Shown piece after piece: positions 27,074 to 37,441 of a stretch of 39,930 nucleotides of DNA (positions are counted from its first letter, which is position 1; the number at the start of each line of letters is the position of its first letter). The stretch covers positions 1 to 39,930 of the forward strand of contig JAOZPT010000020.1 in assembly GCA_029932605.1 (NCBI GenBank), read 5' to 3'. Source of the DNA: Candidatus Zixiibacteriota bacterium (GTDB lineage Bacteria; Zixibacteria; MSB-5A5; UBA10806; 4484-95). The notes beneath the pieces are model-generated. The model searched no databases. It saw nothing but the letters and a program-made list of their open reading frames with translations, and was not told the DNA's origin. Both the position numbers and the translations under genes were made by a program.

Positions 27074-29329
27074 ATGATGGATGATAAAAAGAAAAACCGT
27101 ATCCTTGGACTACTTTTGTTTATGTGTGCCATTCTTGTAGCTGTGAGCCTGATAAGTCATGACAAGGTTAACGATACTGCCACGCTTAAGGATTCTTTTA
27201 CTGGTGAGGGTTTCGGTAAATTGTTTTCCTCGCCGTTACAAAACAAGGGAGGTGTTATCGGCGCTATTGTTGCCTATGCACTTTTTGCAATTTTCGGGTA
27301 TCTTGCTTTTTTGATTCCCCTAGCGATATGCTATTTTGGTTACGGTTTGTTTTTATCCCGGGATATAAGAACCATTTTAAAGAAAATCACTTTTACTACA
27401 ATTGTTTTTTATTTGATTGGCTTGTTGTTTTCACTGGGAAACACTCAGCAGCCGTTTACAATCGAACAACATGGTCTAGCTGGAGCTCTGGGTCATTACA
27501 GCGCTTTGGTTTTGAGTATCTTGGCTGGCTCTGTTATCTCATATACTATTGTTATCTCTCTTTTGCTGGGTGCCTTAATATTAATTTTACCGTCGGACTT
27601 AAGTAAAACAACAAGCAGACTGAAGAATTTGCTTGTTCACTTGAAAGAAAAAGTGACTGTATTGAAAACTTTGGCTATGAGGAAGCAGGGTCGGCATAAA
27701 AGGAAAAGCCGGGAAGGTATTGAAGAATCTTCTTTAGGGCTTGGCGAAAATTCACCAGGAATTTTTAACAGGATACTGAGAATCAAAAGGAAAAAAACGT
27801 CTGGAGTCATAAGGGAGAAAACTTCTCATATCGATTTATACGAAGGCACCGAGGAGCTTGTGGAGGATTCTACAAAGAATGGGAAATTGGCCAAAAAATC
27901 CGGTGACTTAAAAGACGGTTTCCAATTCCCCAGTATTGATTTGCTGTCTGACTCACCAGGCGACGAGCTGGTTGTAAGCGAAAGTGAGTTGAAAGCAACA
28001 GCTGGTGTATTGAAAGAGACATTGAGGACTTTCGGAGTGGAATTGGATGGAGATGATGTGGAGATTTATCCCGGTCCAATAATTACCAGGTTTGAATTTA
28101 AACCAGCACCTGGTGTAAAAATAGTCCAGATCGTTAATCTTGCTGATGATCTTGCTTTGGCCATGAAGGCAAAGCGAGTGCGAATCGTGGCGCCGATACC
28201 CGGGAAATCGGCAGTAGGAGTAGAGATCCCCAACCGGGTGGGCCAGACAGTTTACTTAAAAGAGGTATTAGCCTCCGATGATTTTCAAAAATCGAAGTTT
28301 ATTTTGCCGTTAGCCCTGGGTAAAAATACTTCAGGTAAACCGTTTGTAGTTGACCTTGCTGCTATGCCCCATCTTCTTATAGCCGGTGCTACGGGTTCTG
28401 GAAAATCTGTATGTTTAAACAGCATAATAACCAGTTTGCTCTTTCGCCACCCTCCGGAGATCGTAAGGTTTATTTTAATCGACCCCAAATTGCTTGAGTT
28501 TTCCGTTTTCAATGACCTTCCTCACCTCGAAAAACCGGTTGTAACGGAGATGAAATATGCGGAGAGAGTTCTAGCTGAGGCAGTGGTCGAGATGGAGGAG
28601 CGATATCGTAAACTGGCAAAATTGGGGGTTAGGAATATCATAGATTTTAATGAGGTCTCCCCGGAACCATTACCGTTTGTGATAGTTATCGTGGATGAGC
28701 TGGCCGATCTGATGGTGATTGGATCGGGTCGGATAGAGACATTAATAACCCGGTTGGCTCAGATGGCGCGGGCGGTGGGTATCCACCTGATACTGGCGAC
28801 ACAGCGCCCATCGGTTGATGTTATCACCGGTTTGATCAAAGCCAATTTCTCCACACGGATTGCTTTCCAGGTAGCCACCAAGGTTGATTCACGAACGATA
28901 ATAGACATCAACGGTGCGGAGAAGCTTCTCGGCCACGGTGATATGCTTTATATGAACCCAGCCCTGCCCGAACCCAAACGGGCTCATGGGGCATTTATAA
29001 CCGGCTCGGATATACAGAAAATCTGCAATTTTTTAGGTTCTTTAGAGTACAAGCCTAAACCGATTAAGAACTTCAAGGATGAGGGCAGTAATGTAAGTCA
29101 GTATGATCCGGCCGCTGATGCTTTATTCAAAGAAGCTATTGAGCTTGTGATAAGGCATAAGCAGGGTTCTGTTTCTCTTTTGCAAAGGCGGTTGGGTATT
29201 GGTTATCAGCGGGCGGCCAGGCTCATCGACCAGCTTGAGGAGGCAGGTATCGTTGGCCCCTATGATGGCTCCAAAGCCCGGGAGGTTTTAGTTGATGAGA
29301 CCTACCTGATGGAAAAAGATAAGAAATGA
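27074..29329 (+). CDS. ftsK: DNA translocase FtsK
   Basis: N-terminal 4TM domain, GPIITRFE, RIVAPIPGK, Walker A AGATGSGKS, IVDELADL, ATQRPSVDVITG and gamma domain SLLQRRLGIGYQRAARLID. ATG 27074 or 27077 is preferred over TTG 27065. Confidence 0.98.
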   Translation: MMDDKKKNRILGLLLFMCAILVAVSLISHDKVNDTATLKDSFTGEGFGKLFSSPLQNKGGVIGAIVAYALFAIFGYLAFLIPLAICYFGYGLFLSRDIRTILKKITFTTIVFYLIGLLFSLGNTQQPFTIEQHGLAGALGHYSALVLSILAGSVISYTIVISLLLGALILILPSDLSKTTSRLKNLLVHLKEKVTVLKTLAMRKQGRHKRKSREGIEESSLGLGENSPGIFNRILRIKRKKTSGVIREKTSHIDLYEGTEELVEDSTKNGKLAKKSGDLKDGFQFPSIDLLSDSPGDELVVSESELKATAGVLKETLRTFGVELDGDDVEIYPGPIITRFEFKPAPGVKIVQIVNLADDLALAMKAKRVRIVAPIPGKSAVGVEIPNRVGQTVYLKEVLASDDFQKSKFILPLALGKNTSGKPFVVDLAAMPHLLIAGATGSGKSVCLNSIITSLLFRHPPEIVRFILIDPKLLEFSVFNDLPHLEKPVVTEMKYAERVLAEAVVEMEERYRKLAKLGVRNIIDFNEVSPEPLPFVIVIVDELADLMVIGSGRIETLITRLAQMARAVGIHLILATQRPSVDVITGLIKANFSTRIAFQVATKVDSRTIIDINGAEKLLGHGDMLYMNPALPEPKRAHGAFITGSDIQKICNFLGSLEYKPKPIKNFKDEGSNVSQYDPAADALFKEAIELVIRHKQGSVSLLQRRLGIGYQRAARLIDQLEEAGIVGPYDGSKAREVLVDETYLMEKDKK

Positions 29330-29347
29330 CCAAAAAATCTACTATTT

Positions 29348-29992
29348 ATGGATTATAATTGTTTTTTTAACAGGGTGGAATATAACTTTGGTAAAGTTAC
29401 TGCTCGTTTATTGCTATTGATGATATTTATAGTTTTATTTTCTATTTGCCTGACATATTCGGCCCAATTTCCTGAATCTGTGGAAAAACACTATAAAAAC
29501 AAACAATCCATTTACTGGGAAATCCAGCAGATATCAATATCGCCGATTTTCGATGAACCGGAAACATCGTTGGTGAAGTTTTATTTTCAAAAGCCAAAGA
29601 AGATGTTTATAACAATGCCTGATAAACAGGTTTATGTTGACGGTGATACCGTATGGACATATTTGATAAATCATAAACAGATACAAAAAAGTTTTAGCGA
29701 GCATTTTTTCAATCCTTTTGATTTCGTTGACTGCGACCAGACTTATTACCGGGTCATAGCTGATACAGATGGTGTAATGACCTTAGTGAGCGTGGATGAA
29801 TCGATGGAACCTGACAGCCTTGAGCTCGGTTATAATAATAACGGTAAAATTACAAGAATTGAATATCAAGACATCAACGACAACAAGATGATTTTTAAAT
29901 TTCTGGAGGAATCTTTTTCGGTAACCATACCTGATGATTATTTTCTCAACGACATCCCAGATGGGGTTGAGGTGATAGATTTAAATGATTAA
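29348..29992 (+). CDS. lolA: Outer-membrane lipoprotein carrier LolA-like protein (divergent)
   Basis: Signal peptide, then KFYFQKPKKMFI...QVYVDGDTVWTY...KQI and a C-terminal F..IPDGVEVID. Directly after ftsK, the common ftsK-lolA synteny. The true start may be downstream. Confidence 0.75.
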   Translation: MDYNCFFNRVEYNFGKVTARLLLLMIFIVLFSICLTYSAQFPESVEKHYKNKQSIYWEIQQISISPIFDEPETSLVKFYFQKPKKMFITMPDKQVYVDGDTVWTYLINHKQIQKSFSEHFFNPFDFVDCDQTYYRVIADTDGVMTLVSVDESMEPDSLELGYNNNGKITRIEYQDINDNKMIFKFLEESFSVTIPDDYFLNDIPDGVEVIDLND

Positions 29993-29995
29993 TTT

Positions 29996-30865
29996 ATGAT
30001 AATGGATTTGAAGAAAATCATCTTAGTTACACTTGCTTTTTATGTTTTTGTGACAGGCGCCAGAGCTTCCCAGGAGTTTAAATATAACTTTATAGAGAAT
30101 GACACACTTGCTTATACGGTGAAAGTAAATAACAGGTTTGATTTTCACAGTCTTGGTAATTTAGCCAAGCTGTTAAACATTGAGGGGATGAGCCAGCATA
30201 TTAATATCGTTGTTGATGTTTCGGTTGAGAGTATCAACCCTGATGCCAGTGCTGATATTAAGTTGGTCTTTCGCAAAATTGTCATGACGACTGTTATGGG
30301 TAATCGTGTCCTTACCGATGACGGCTCAAGCTGGGGGGCTGTAAAACCGGGCTCTGAATACAAAGTGGTTATTGCTCCTGATGGCAGGGTTATAGGTTTA
30401 TCGAGGATGGGTCCAAATGACACCGAGGATAAAACACAGATAGGCCAGGTTTTTTTCCCGATTTTTCCTAAAGGGGAGATCGAGAAAGGATACCGATGGT
30501 CCGATTCGCTGAACTTTAAGTTTAATCTTAGCAGGGAAGGTTCTACTGAAATATCATCTCAAATTACCTATTCTTATATCGGGGTTGATATTAAGGCAGA
30601 AAACGGTATTGATATCAGCGAAGCGAACCATCGTTTCGATTTTAACATGAATGGCGTTTCTGATGATACCAGTAGTTTACAAATTTCCGGAGGAGGTTAT
30701 TTTTATTTTGATAAAGATGCAGGCAGGATAATTGAACTCTCCGGTGATTTTTCAATCAGGGGCATTGTCGATCTGGTGACTTTTGGCATACCAGAAGGAC
30801 TTGGAGGCAGTGTACCCGTTATTATTGAATCTGAAATTAGAATCAAACTGAAAGATGAGCTGTAA
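29996..30865 (+). CDS. Hypothetical exported beta-rich protein
   Basis: Signal peptide (KKIILVTLAFYVFVTGARA), alternating beta strands, FPKGEIEKGYRW and GYFYFDKDAGRI. Loosely reminiscent of DUF6263-like proteins (unverified). Confidence 0.7.
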   Translation: MIMDLKKIILVTLAFYVFVTGARASQEFKYNFIENDTLAYTVKVNNRFDFHSLGNLAKLLNIEGMSQHINIVVDVSVESINPDASADIKLVFRKIVMTTVMGNRVLTDDGSSWGAVKPGSEYKVVIAPDGRVIGLSRMGPNDTEDKTQIGQVFFPIFPKGEIEKGYRWSDSLNFKFNLSREGSTEISSQITYSYIGVDIKAENGIDISEANHRFDFNMNGVSDDTSSLQISGGGYFYFDKDAGRIIELSGDFSIRGIVDLVTFGIPEGLGGSVPVIIESEIRIKLKDEL

Positions 30866-32147
30866 AAAATACTATTTTCTCAATCTTGGTTGCCCGAAAA
30901 ATCAGACCGATGGTGACCTCCTTCGTGGAACTCTAAACAGTCTGGGTTTTACCGAGATAAACAACCCCGTCGAGGCTAATTTTATCGTTGTGAATACTTG
31001 CGCATTTATAGAACAGGCCCGCCGAGAGACTAAAGGTGAGATAAAGGAACTCTTACCATATAAGAAAAACGGTACAAAATTAGTGGTAGTTGGTTGTTAC
31101 CCTGTCCTTTATGATATCCGGGATGAAATACCCGCTATCGATGCCGCTTTTGGATTAAACCAGGTAGACGATTTTCTTAGTTATGTTGCAGGTAAGGAAA
31201 GGGTCCGGAACTTGCTGGGATGCTGTTGGGATAAATGTGAAATACAACGGCCAAAGCCGGAGACGTCTTATGCCTATGTCAAGATTTCCGATGGTTGTGA
31301 CAATCGATGTAGCTACTGCACCATCCCAATGATAAGGGGACCGTATCGGAGCATTTCTCCAGCGAAGGTGTTAAAAGAGGTTGAATATTTAACTGCTGGA
31401 GGTGTTAAGGAAATTGTGCTGGTAGCCCAGGATAGCTGTTTGTATGGAAAAGACCTTGATGGTAATGTTGACCTTGCCGATTTATGCCGGCTAATTGCCC
31501 GGGTTGACGGCGTTGAATGGATAAGAGTTATGTATGCCCATCCGGCGCATTTAAGCGATGACCTGATGGATAGGTTATTTACCATAGATAAAGTATGCCG
31601 TTACCTCGATATGCCGATACAACATATCTCTGGAAAAATCCTTAAAAAGATGAGACGTCATTCAAAACCGGACAGGATAAAACAGATAATAAAACGATTG
31701 CGGAATATCGATAAAAGCATATCTTTAAGGACAACTTTAATGGTGGGGTTTCCTGGCGAAACCGATGACGATTACAAAAAGTTGCTGGATTTTGTGGAAC
31801 AAACGGAGTTTGATTACCTTGGCGCTTTTTGTTTTAGTCCCGAGGAGAAAACCGAGGCAAGAGATTTTTCTGAAGTTGTCGATCCTCAATTAATTGATGA
31901 GAGGTTTGAATTATTGATTGACGTTGCTGAGAGGGTTGCCAGCCGGCGAGCGATGATGCAGATAGGCAAAAAGCAGAAGCTATTGGTCGATTGGTTGTCG
32001 GCTGATGATTCTGCGTGCTACGAGGCCAGGTCTTATAGACAGGCACCCGAAATAGATGGTTATTACAAAATATGTAACGGGCCAAATATTCATCCAGGGA
32101 TGTTCATTGAGGCTGTTATAAAAGATATTGATAGAGCGGAGTTGTAG
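30855..32147 (+). CDS. rimO: Ribosomal protein S12 methylthiotransferase RimO
   Basis: LGCPKNQTD, VNTCAFIEQA, radical-SAM CDNRCSYC, YLDMPIQH, VGFPGET and a C-terminal TRAM segment with APEIDG. Confidence 0.95.
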   Translation: MSCKKYYFLNLGCPKNQTDGDLLRGTLNSLGFTEINNPVEANFIVVNTCAFIEQARRETKGEIKELLPYKKNGTKLVVVGCYPVLYDIRDEIPAIDAAFGLNQVDDFLSYVAGKERVRNLLGCCWDKCEIQRPKPETSYAYVKISDGCDNRCSYCTIPMIRGPYRSISPAKVLKEVEYLTAGGVKEIVLVAQDSCLYGKDLDGNVDLADLCRLIARVDGVEWIRVMYAHPAHLSDDLMDRLFTIDKVCRYLDMPIQHISGKILKKMRRHSKPDRIKQIIKRLRNIDKSISLRTTLMVGFPGETDDDYKKLLDFVEQTEFDYLGAFCFSPEEKTEARDFSEVVDPQLIDERFELLIDVAERVASRRAMMQIGKKQKLLVDWLSADDSACYEARSYRQAPEIDGYYKICNGPNIHPGMFIEAVIKDIDRAEL

Positions 32148-32819
32148 ATGAACATCTTTAATTATAAGGTCCATACCCCGGGGTTATTTATCGTCCGTCC
32201 GGTGGCTTTGATTTTGATCGTTGTTTATGCTCTGCATCTGGGAGCGATAGTGTATCTACTCGTAGAAAATAGACATAAAGATAAAATTATTTTCGAACAA
32301 GAAAACAAGATAAATGAGCTTGAGGAAAAACTTAAAATACTCGACATTATTGAAGATTACCAGATAGGTTTCAATCAAAATGAAATAAGGGAACTTGCCG
32401 AGGTAATCTATACCGAGGGCAAACGTTTTTCAATAGATCCACTGCTTATAATATCTTTGATTATGACAGAGAGCTCATTTAAAAAAGGTCAACGGTCATA
32501 CCGTGGAGCTGAGGGTTTGATGCAAATAAAACCCTCCACAGCCAAAGATGTGGCAAAAAAATGGGGTTTTGAATGGCATAAGGGTATTGATTTGTGGAAC
32601 CCTTCTTTGAATGTAAGGGTAGGCTCTGCCTACCTTTTTGAATTGATTCTCAAGTTCAAAAGCATTCGGAAAGCGATAATTGCCTATAACCTTGGTGAGA
32701 CAAACCTGAGAGAGTTTTATTTTTACAAGGCCAAGCCACCAGCCCGGTACTATGAAAAAGTGGTCAATAACTACAAAATGTTAAAGAATAAATATGGTTG
32801 CGACATCCAGAAAGGTTAG
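32148..32819 (+). CDS. Membrane-anchored lytic transglycosylase (SLT domain)
   Basis: N-terminal TM and coiled coil, then IDPLLIISLIMTESSF (catalytic Glu), GLMQI and AYNLG. Confidence 0.9.
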   Translation: MNIFNYKVHTPGLFIVRPVALILIVVYALHLGAIVYLLVENRHKDKIIFEQENKINELEEKLKILDIIEDYQIGFNQNEIRELAEVIYTEGKRFSIDPLLIISLIMTESSFKKGQRSYRGAEGLMQIKPSTAKDVAKKWGFEWHKGIDLWNPSLNVRVGSAYLFELILKFKSIRKAIIAYNLGETNLREFYFYKAKPPARYYEKVVNNYKMLKNKYGCDIQKG

Positions 32820-33408
32820 TTTGATAACGGTTTTAACCGGCCTGATTGTTTCTGGCTATCTTTGTCCCATTCTAGCCGAAAAGCCACCTACAAATGAACA
32901 GATGGTAGTTAATACCGTATCTCGTTCTATTAAGGCTCTTATAGATAGCCTTCAACTGGTTCCCTCAAACGTGCTGATAGAAAAGACGAATGGTTTGAAT
33001 GGATTGGTCATCAATGGCGTAAGGTCAGCTTTTATAGATGCCGGTTGGACTGTTCTCAATCAAAATGGCAAAATTCCCGATTTTTATGTAAGCGTGGATT
33101 TGACCTCTTTTGAGTTCAATTACAAAAAAGGGCGGTCCCGGGGATTTTTAAACAAGCCTTTTATACGGCGGGAGCTTAACGGGCAGATATTGTTAAATGT
33201 TAGCGATGATAGTTACGACTATGTAGGTTTTATTGAGTTTTCTGGTGTTGATGAGGTTTTACCAGAGCAGACGAACTATATTGCCAGTATCAGGTATAAG
33301 AAGTTAGCTCCGGAGAAACCGGGTACCGGAGTAATGAAGTATTTGGAACCGATAGCCGTTACTGCCACCGTAGGCGGATTGATTTATCTTTTTTTTATTA
33401 ATAGGTGA
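32794..33408 (+). CDS. Hypothetical exported/membrane protein
   Basis: N-terminal signal-like segment and a C-terminal hydrophobic tail (LEPIAVTATVGGLIYLFFINR). Tightly packed between slt and bamD. Confidence 0.7.
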   Translation: MVATSRKVSLITVLTGLIVSGYLCPILAEKPPTNEQMVVNTVSRSIKALIDSLQLVPSNVLIEKTNGLNGLVINGVRSAFIDAGWTVLNQNGKIPDFYVSVDLTSFEFNYKKGRSRGFLNKPFIRRELNGQILLNVSDDSYDYVGFIEFSGVDEVLPEQTNYIASIRYKKLAPEKPGTGVMKYLEPIAVTATVGGLIYLFFINR

Positions 33409-33411
33409 ATT

Positions 33412-34179
33412 ATGAAGAAGTTATTTAAGTGCATATTCGTCTTGATGATTTTGGCAATGTTGACAGGTTGCTCTAAAGAGGTGACATCTGTTCTTTCAGC
33501 ATCCGAGCAGTTCAAGGTTGCCAAGCAATTATATGACAAAGGTAAATATTATAAGGCCCAGCTTGAATTTGAGAAATTGATTTACACTTACCCGGGAAAT
33601 ACAGTGATCGATACTGCTCAATATTACCTGGGAATGAGTTATTATAACCAGAAAGAATATGGTGTAGCCATAGGTGAATTCAATAGACTTATTACATCTT
33701 ACCCACAATCGGAATTTATTGATGATGCTCAATATCAGATAGGGATGTGTCATTATAAAATGTCGCCTAAATATCAGCTTGACCAGTCCGAGACATACAA
33801 GGCGATGGATGCTTTTCAAACATTGATAGTTAATTATCCATTGAGCGAGTATGTTTCTGATGCAAGGTGTATGGTTCGAGAATTAGAGGATAAATTGGCC
33901 AAGAAGAAATTTATGACAGGCAGGCTTTATATGAAGATGGGCGACTATGGTCCTGCGCTTTTGTATTTTAAATATGTCCGCGATAATTTCCCGACCTCTG
34001 ATTGGGCTGTTTACGCTTTTTATTACAGCGGTGAAGCCCTTGAACATCTTAAAAAATATGATGAGGCTTTAGAGACCTACAATAATTTTCTTCAAGGTTT
34101 CTCTGACCATAAACTGGCTGATAAGGCTAAAAAGAAAATTGAGGATATAGAAAAGAAAATTGGAAATAGCGAGAGTTGA
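33412..34179 (+). CDS. bamD: Outer membrane protein assembly factor BamD (TPR lipoprotein)
   Basis: Lipobox LTG|C, TPR repeats (AQYYLGMSYY, AQYQIGMCHY), LDQSETYKAMDAFQ...YP.SEY and LAKKKFMTGRLY. Confidence 0.9.
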   Translation: MKKLFKCIFVLMILAMLTGCSKEVTSVLSASEQFKVAKQLYDKGKYYKAQLEFEKLIYTYPGNTVIDTAQYYLGMSYYNQKEYGVAIGEFNRLITSYPQSEFIDDAQYQIGMCHYKMSPKYQLDQSETYKAMDAFQTLIVNYPLSEYVSDARCMVRELEDKLAKKKFMTGRLYMKMGDYGPALLYFKYVRDNFPTSDWAVYAFYYSGEALEHLKKYDEALETYNNFLQGFSDHKLADKAKKKIEDIEKKIGNSES

Positions 34180-34180
34180 G

Positions 34181-34753
34181 ATGACAAGGTTGGGTATCCT
34201 TGGCGGAACCTTCGATCCGCCTCATATCGGCCATCTGATTCTTGCCCAAAATGCTTTTGAAAATTTTAAGCTTGATAAAGTCTTATTCGTTCCGGCCGCA
34301 ATACAACCGCATAAGCAAAAAAGAAAGGTTTCACCTCCCGAGGTAAGACTTCGCCTACTTCAACTTGCTTTAGAGGGGGATGACCGCTTTGATATTTCAG
34401 ATATTGAATTGAAGCGTTCCGGCCCGTCTTATACGATTGACAGCCTGCGTAGTTTACAAAAACTATATAAGGGGATTAAACTGTATTTTATTATTGGTGG
34501 AGATAATATTTCCGATATCGCAACCTGGAAAGACCCTGATAAGATATTTGAGATAGCTGATGTAGTAGCGGTATTAAGGCCCGATAGTCAGTTTGAAGGG
34601 CCATTCAAAGACAGGATTACACTTTTTAATATGCCCCAGATCGAGATATCGTCTTCTGAAATACGCAAGCTTGTCGGCCAGGGTAAGTCGGTAAAGTATT
34701 TAGTTCCGGATAAAGTTGAAAAATATATACGAGAAAACAGGATTTATTCATAG
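34181..34753 (+). CDS. nadD: Nicotinate-nucleotide adenylyltransferase
   Basis: GILGGTFDPPHIGH, SYTIDSL, FIIGGD, TWK and ISSSEIR. ATG 34181 is preferred over TTG 34160. Confidence 0.97.
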   Translation: MTRLGILGGTFDPPHIGHLILAQNAFENFKLDKVLFVPAAIQPHKQKRKVSPPEVRLRLLQLALEGDDRFDISDIELKRSGPSYTIDSLRSLQKLYKGIKLYFIIGGDNISDIATWKDPDKIFEIADVVAVLRPDSQFEGPFKDRITLFNMPQIEISSSEIRKLVGQGKSVKYLVPDKVEKYIRENRIYS

Positions 34754-37441
34754 ATGTCGAAGCTGTTAATTTTAATTGACGGGTCGGCACTCGCCTACAG
34801 AAGTTTTTTTGCCTTTATACGGAATCCACTTATCAATTCTCGTGGTGAGAATACAAGTGCTGTGTTTGGTTTTGTCAATTCGCTTTTGAAACTTTTGCAG
34901 GAGACATCGCCAAGTCATATCGCTTGCGTGTTTGATACGCCGGCACCTACTTTTCGGCATAAGATATATAAGCAATACAAATCAACCCGGGCCAAGATGC
35001 CTGAGGAGTTGGTCGATTCGCTTCCTTGGATAAAGGAGGTTATTGCTGGTTTCAATATCCCGATTATCGAGATGGACGGCTTTGAGGCTGATGATATAAT
35101 CGGCACCTTAGCAAAAAAAGCTTCCGAAAGTGGATTTGATATCGGTATGTTTACAGGCGACAAGGATTATTACCAGCTTGTTGATGAGCATATCAAGCTT
35201 TTGCATCCCAAGACGTTTGAGTGGTATGGCAAGGATCAGGTGGAAAAGAAAATGGGTGTGTCCCCGGAAAGGATAGTAGATTTTCTAGCACTTAGGGGAG
35301 ACCCCTCGGATAACATTCCCGGTGTTCCAGGTGTGGGTGAAAAAACGGCGTTGGAGCTTTTAAAGCAATTTGGTGATTTTAACACGGTTTTGAATTCAGC
35401 AGATAAAATCTCAAAAAAGAAAATATCAAAATCGTTGAAGGAGAACATAGAATTAGCCCGGCTCTCATACCAGCTTGTGACAATAGATTGTAGTGTTCCG
35501 ATAAAGTTCGAACAGGAAGCTTTATCACTTAAGGAGCCCGATCTTAAAAAATTAACGGAATTATTCAAGAGGATGGAATTTAAGAAGTTGCTGGAAAAAT
35601 TCTCGCCCACTCTTAATGGGGGTGAAAGATCGCTTTTAGTTAATACAAAGGGTTCGTATGAGACTGTCGATTCCATTTCCCGCCTTGATGAGATACTTGG
35701 TATGGCAACCAGAAAAGTTGAGGTTGCTATTGATACGGAGACGACATCAGCAAACCCTTTTTTGGCCGACTTGGTTGGCATCTCACTATCTTTCGATGAA
35801 GGAGAGGCTTACTATATTCCGTTAAAACATGATGATGAAAAAGCGAATCTGCCGTTGGATAAAACCCTGGAAAGATTTGAGAGATTTTTTGACGCGAACG
35901 TGAAGATAATAGGCCACAATCTGAAATACGACCGCCAGATATTTGACAACTATGGTTTAAAGTTAAAGACGATTTATTTTGATACTATGATAGCCTCTTA
36001 TGTTATTGACCCGGGGCGAAGGATACATAAGTTGTCGGCCCTGGCATTGGATTTATTGGGCTACAGGATGCAACCCATCACCGAGCTTATCGGTTCGGGT
36101 GCCAAACAAAAACCTTTTTCGGTGGTACCGGTTGATAGGGCTACCTTTTATTCGGCCGAAGATGCTGATTTTTCGCTAAGGTTGAAGAAGCTGTTGTATT
36201 CCCAACTTAGAAGACAGAAGCTTGATGAACTGTTTTTTAACATCGAGATGCCCCTAATGCCGGTTTTGGGGGAGATGGAAAAGACAGGAGTGGCAATCGA
36301 CGTTGCCTTCTTAAACAAGCTTTCCGAGGTCTATGGTGAAAAAATGGTTTTGTTAGAGAACAAGATTTATAACGAAGCGGGTGAAAAATTCAATATCAAC
36401 TCTCCGGCTCAACTTCGAGTAGTACTTTTTGATAAATTACAACTTCCCTCAAGTAAGAAAACTGCCAAAGGTGGCGAGAGATCGACAGGTGTTGATGTTT
36501 TGGAGAAGCTTGCCCGGATACACCCTTTTCCGCGAATGATCCTTGATTATCGCTTGTTAATGAAATTAAAATCGACATATATTGACACTCTTCCTAAGTT
36601 AGTTGACCCCGAGACGGGTAGGGTGCATACAAGTTTCAACCAGACCGTTACTGCTACGGGAAGGTTATCCTCCTCGGACCCAAACCTGCAGAATATACCT
36701 ATACGAACACAGGAGGGGAAGGAGATTCGTAGAGCCTTCATAGCCAAAAAGGGTTTTAATATACTTTCAGCTGATTATTCGCAGATTGAATTAAGGTTGA
36801 TGGCGCATTTTGCTGGTGATGAGGCTTTGATTGAGTCATTTAAACGTGGCGAGGATATCCATCGCCGAACAGCCGCCGAGGTTTTTGGGATAAGGCTTGA
36901 GGACGTCACTGAGGAGCACCGCCGGGCTGCCAAAACTGCCAATTTTGCCATTATCTATGGAGTTTCTGCGTATGGTCTTTCACAGCAGTCGGATTTTTCG
37001 GTAAAAGAGTCGCAGGATTATATTGATGCTTACTTTAAACGCTATCCGGGTGTTAAAAAGTATATGGATGAAATTAAAGTTTTCGCCAGGGAAAAGGGTT
37101 ATGTGGAAACTCTTTTAAAGCGAAGGCGGTATTTACCTGATATAAATGCTCGCTCAAGGCAGGCTCGCGAGTTCGCTGAAAGAACTGCTATTAACACCCC
37201 CATTCAGGGAACCGCCGCCGATATGATAAAGTTGGCAATGATACATATAGCCAGAAAGCTAAGAACAAAAAAATCAAGAATGATCCTGCAAGTTCATGAT
37301 GAGCTGGTTTTTGAACAGGCTTTATCAGAGAAAGATTATCTTAAGAAAATGGTAAAGGAGGAAATGGAGAAGGCTCTTACTTTGAAAGTACCGATTAAAG
37401 TCGATCTTGGCGAAGGTGCTAACTGGCTGGAGGCCCATTGA
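34754..37441 (+). CDS. polA: DNA polymerase I
   Basis: 5'-nuclease (LIDGSALAYR, EADDIIG, GDPSDNIPG), 3'-5' exonuclease motifs (DTETT, HNLKYD, YSAEDA) and polymerase motifs (ADYSQIELR, AKTANFAIIYG, LQVHDEL). Confidence 0.99.
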   Translation: MSKLLILIDGSALAYRSFFAFIRNPLINSRGENTSAVFGFVNSLLKLLQETSPSHIACVFDTPAPTFRHKIYKQYKSTRAKMPEELVDSLPWIKEVIAGFNIPIIEMDGFEADDIIGTLAKKASESGFDIGMFTGDKDYYQLVDEHIKLLHPKTFEWYGKDQVEKKMGVSPERIVDFLALRGDPSDNIPGVPGVGEKTALELLKQFGDFNTVLNSADKISKKKISKSLKENIELARLSYQLVTIDCSVPIKFEQEALSLKEPDLKKLTELFKRMEFKKLLEKFSPTLNGGERSLLVNTKGSYETVDSISRLDEILGMATRKVEVAIDTETTSANPFLADLVGISLSFDEGEAYYIPLKHDDEKANLPLDKTLERFERFFDANVKIIGHNLKYDRQIFDNYGLKLKTIYFDTMIASYVIDPGRRIHKLSALALDLLGYRMQPITELIGSGAKQKPFSVVPVDRATFYSAEDADFSLRLKKLLYSQLRRQKLDELFFNIEMPLMPVLGEMEKTGVAIDVAFLNKLSEVYGEKMVLLENKIYNEAGEKFNINSPAQLRVVLFDKLQLPSSKKTAKGGERSTGVDVLEKLARIHPFPRMILDYRLLMKLKSTYIDTLPKLVDPETGRVHTSFNQTVTATGRLSSSDPNLQNIPIRTQEGKEIRRAFIAKKGFNILSADYSQIELRLMAHFAGDEALIESFKRGEDIHRRTAAEVFGIRLEDVTEEHRRAAKTANFAIIYGVSAYGLSQQSDFSVKESQDYIDAYFKRYPGVKKYMDEIKVFAREKGYVETLLKRRRYLPDINARSRQAREFAERTAINTPIQGTAADMIKLAMIHIARKLRTKKSRMILQVHDELVFEQALSEKDYLKKMVKEEMEKALTLKVPIKVDLGEGANWLEAH

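Noticed and set aside
34754..37441. Possible inactive 3'-5' exonuclease or intein in PolA (inteins also considered for FtsK and UvrB)
   Set aside because: The Exo I/II/III acidic motifs are present and the protein lengths are typical, with no insertion evident.
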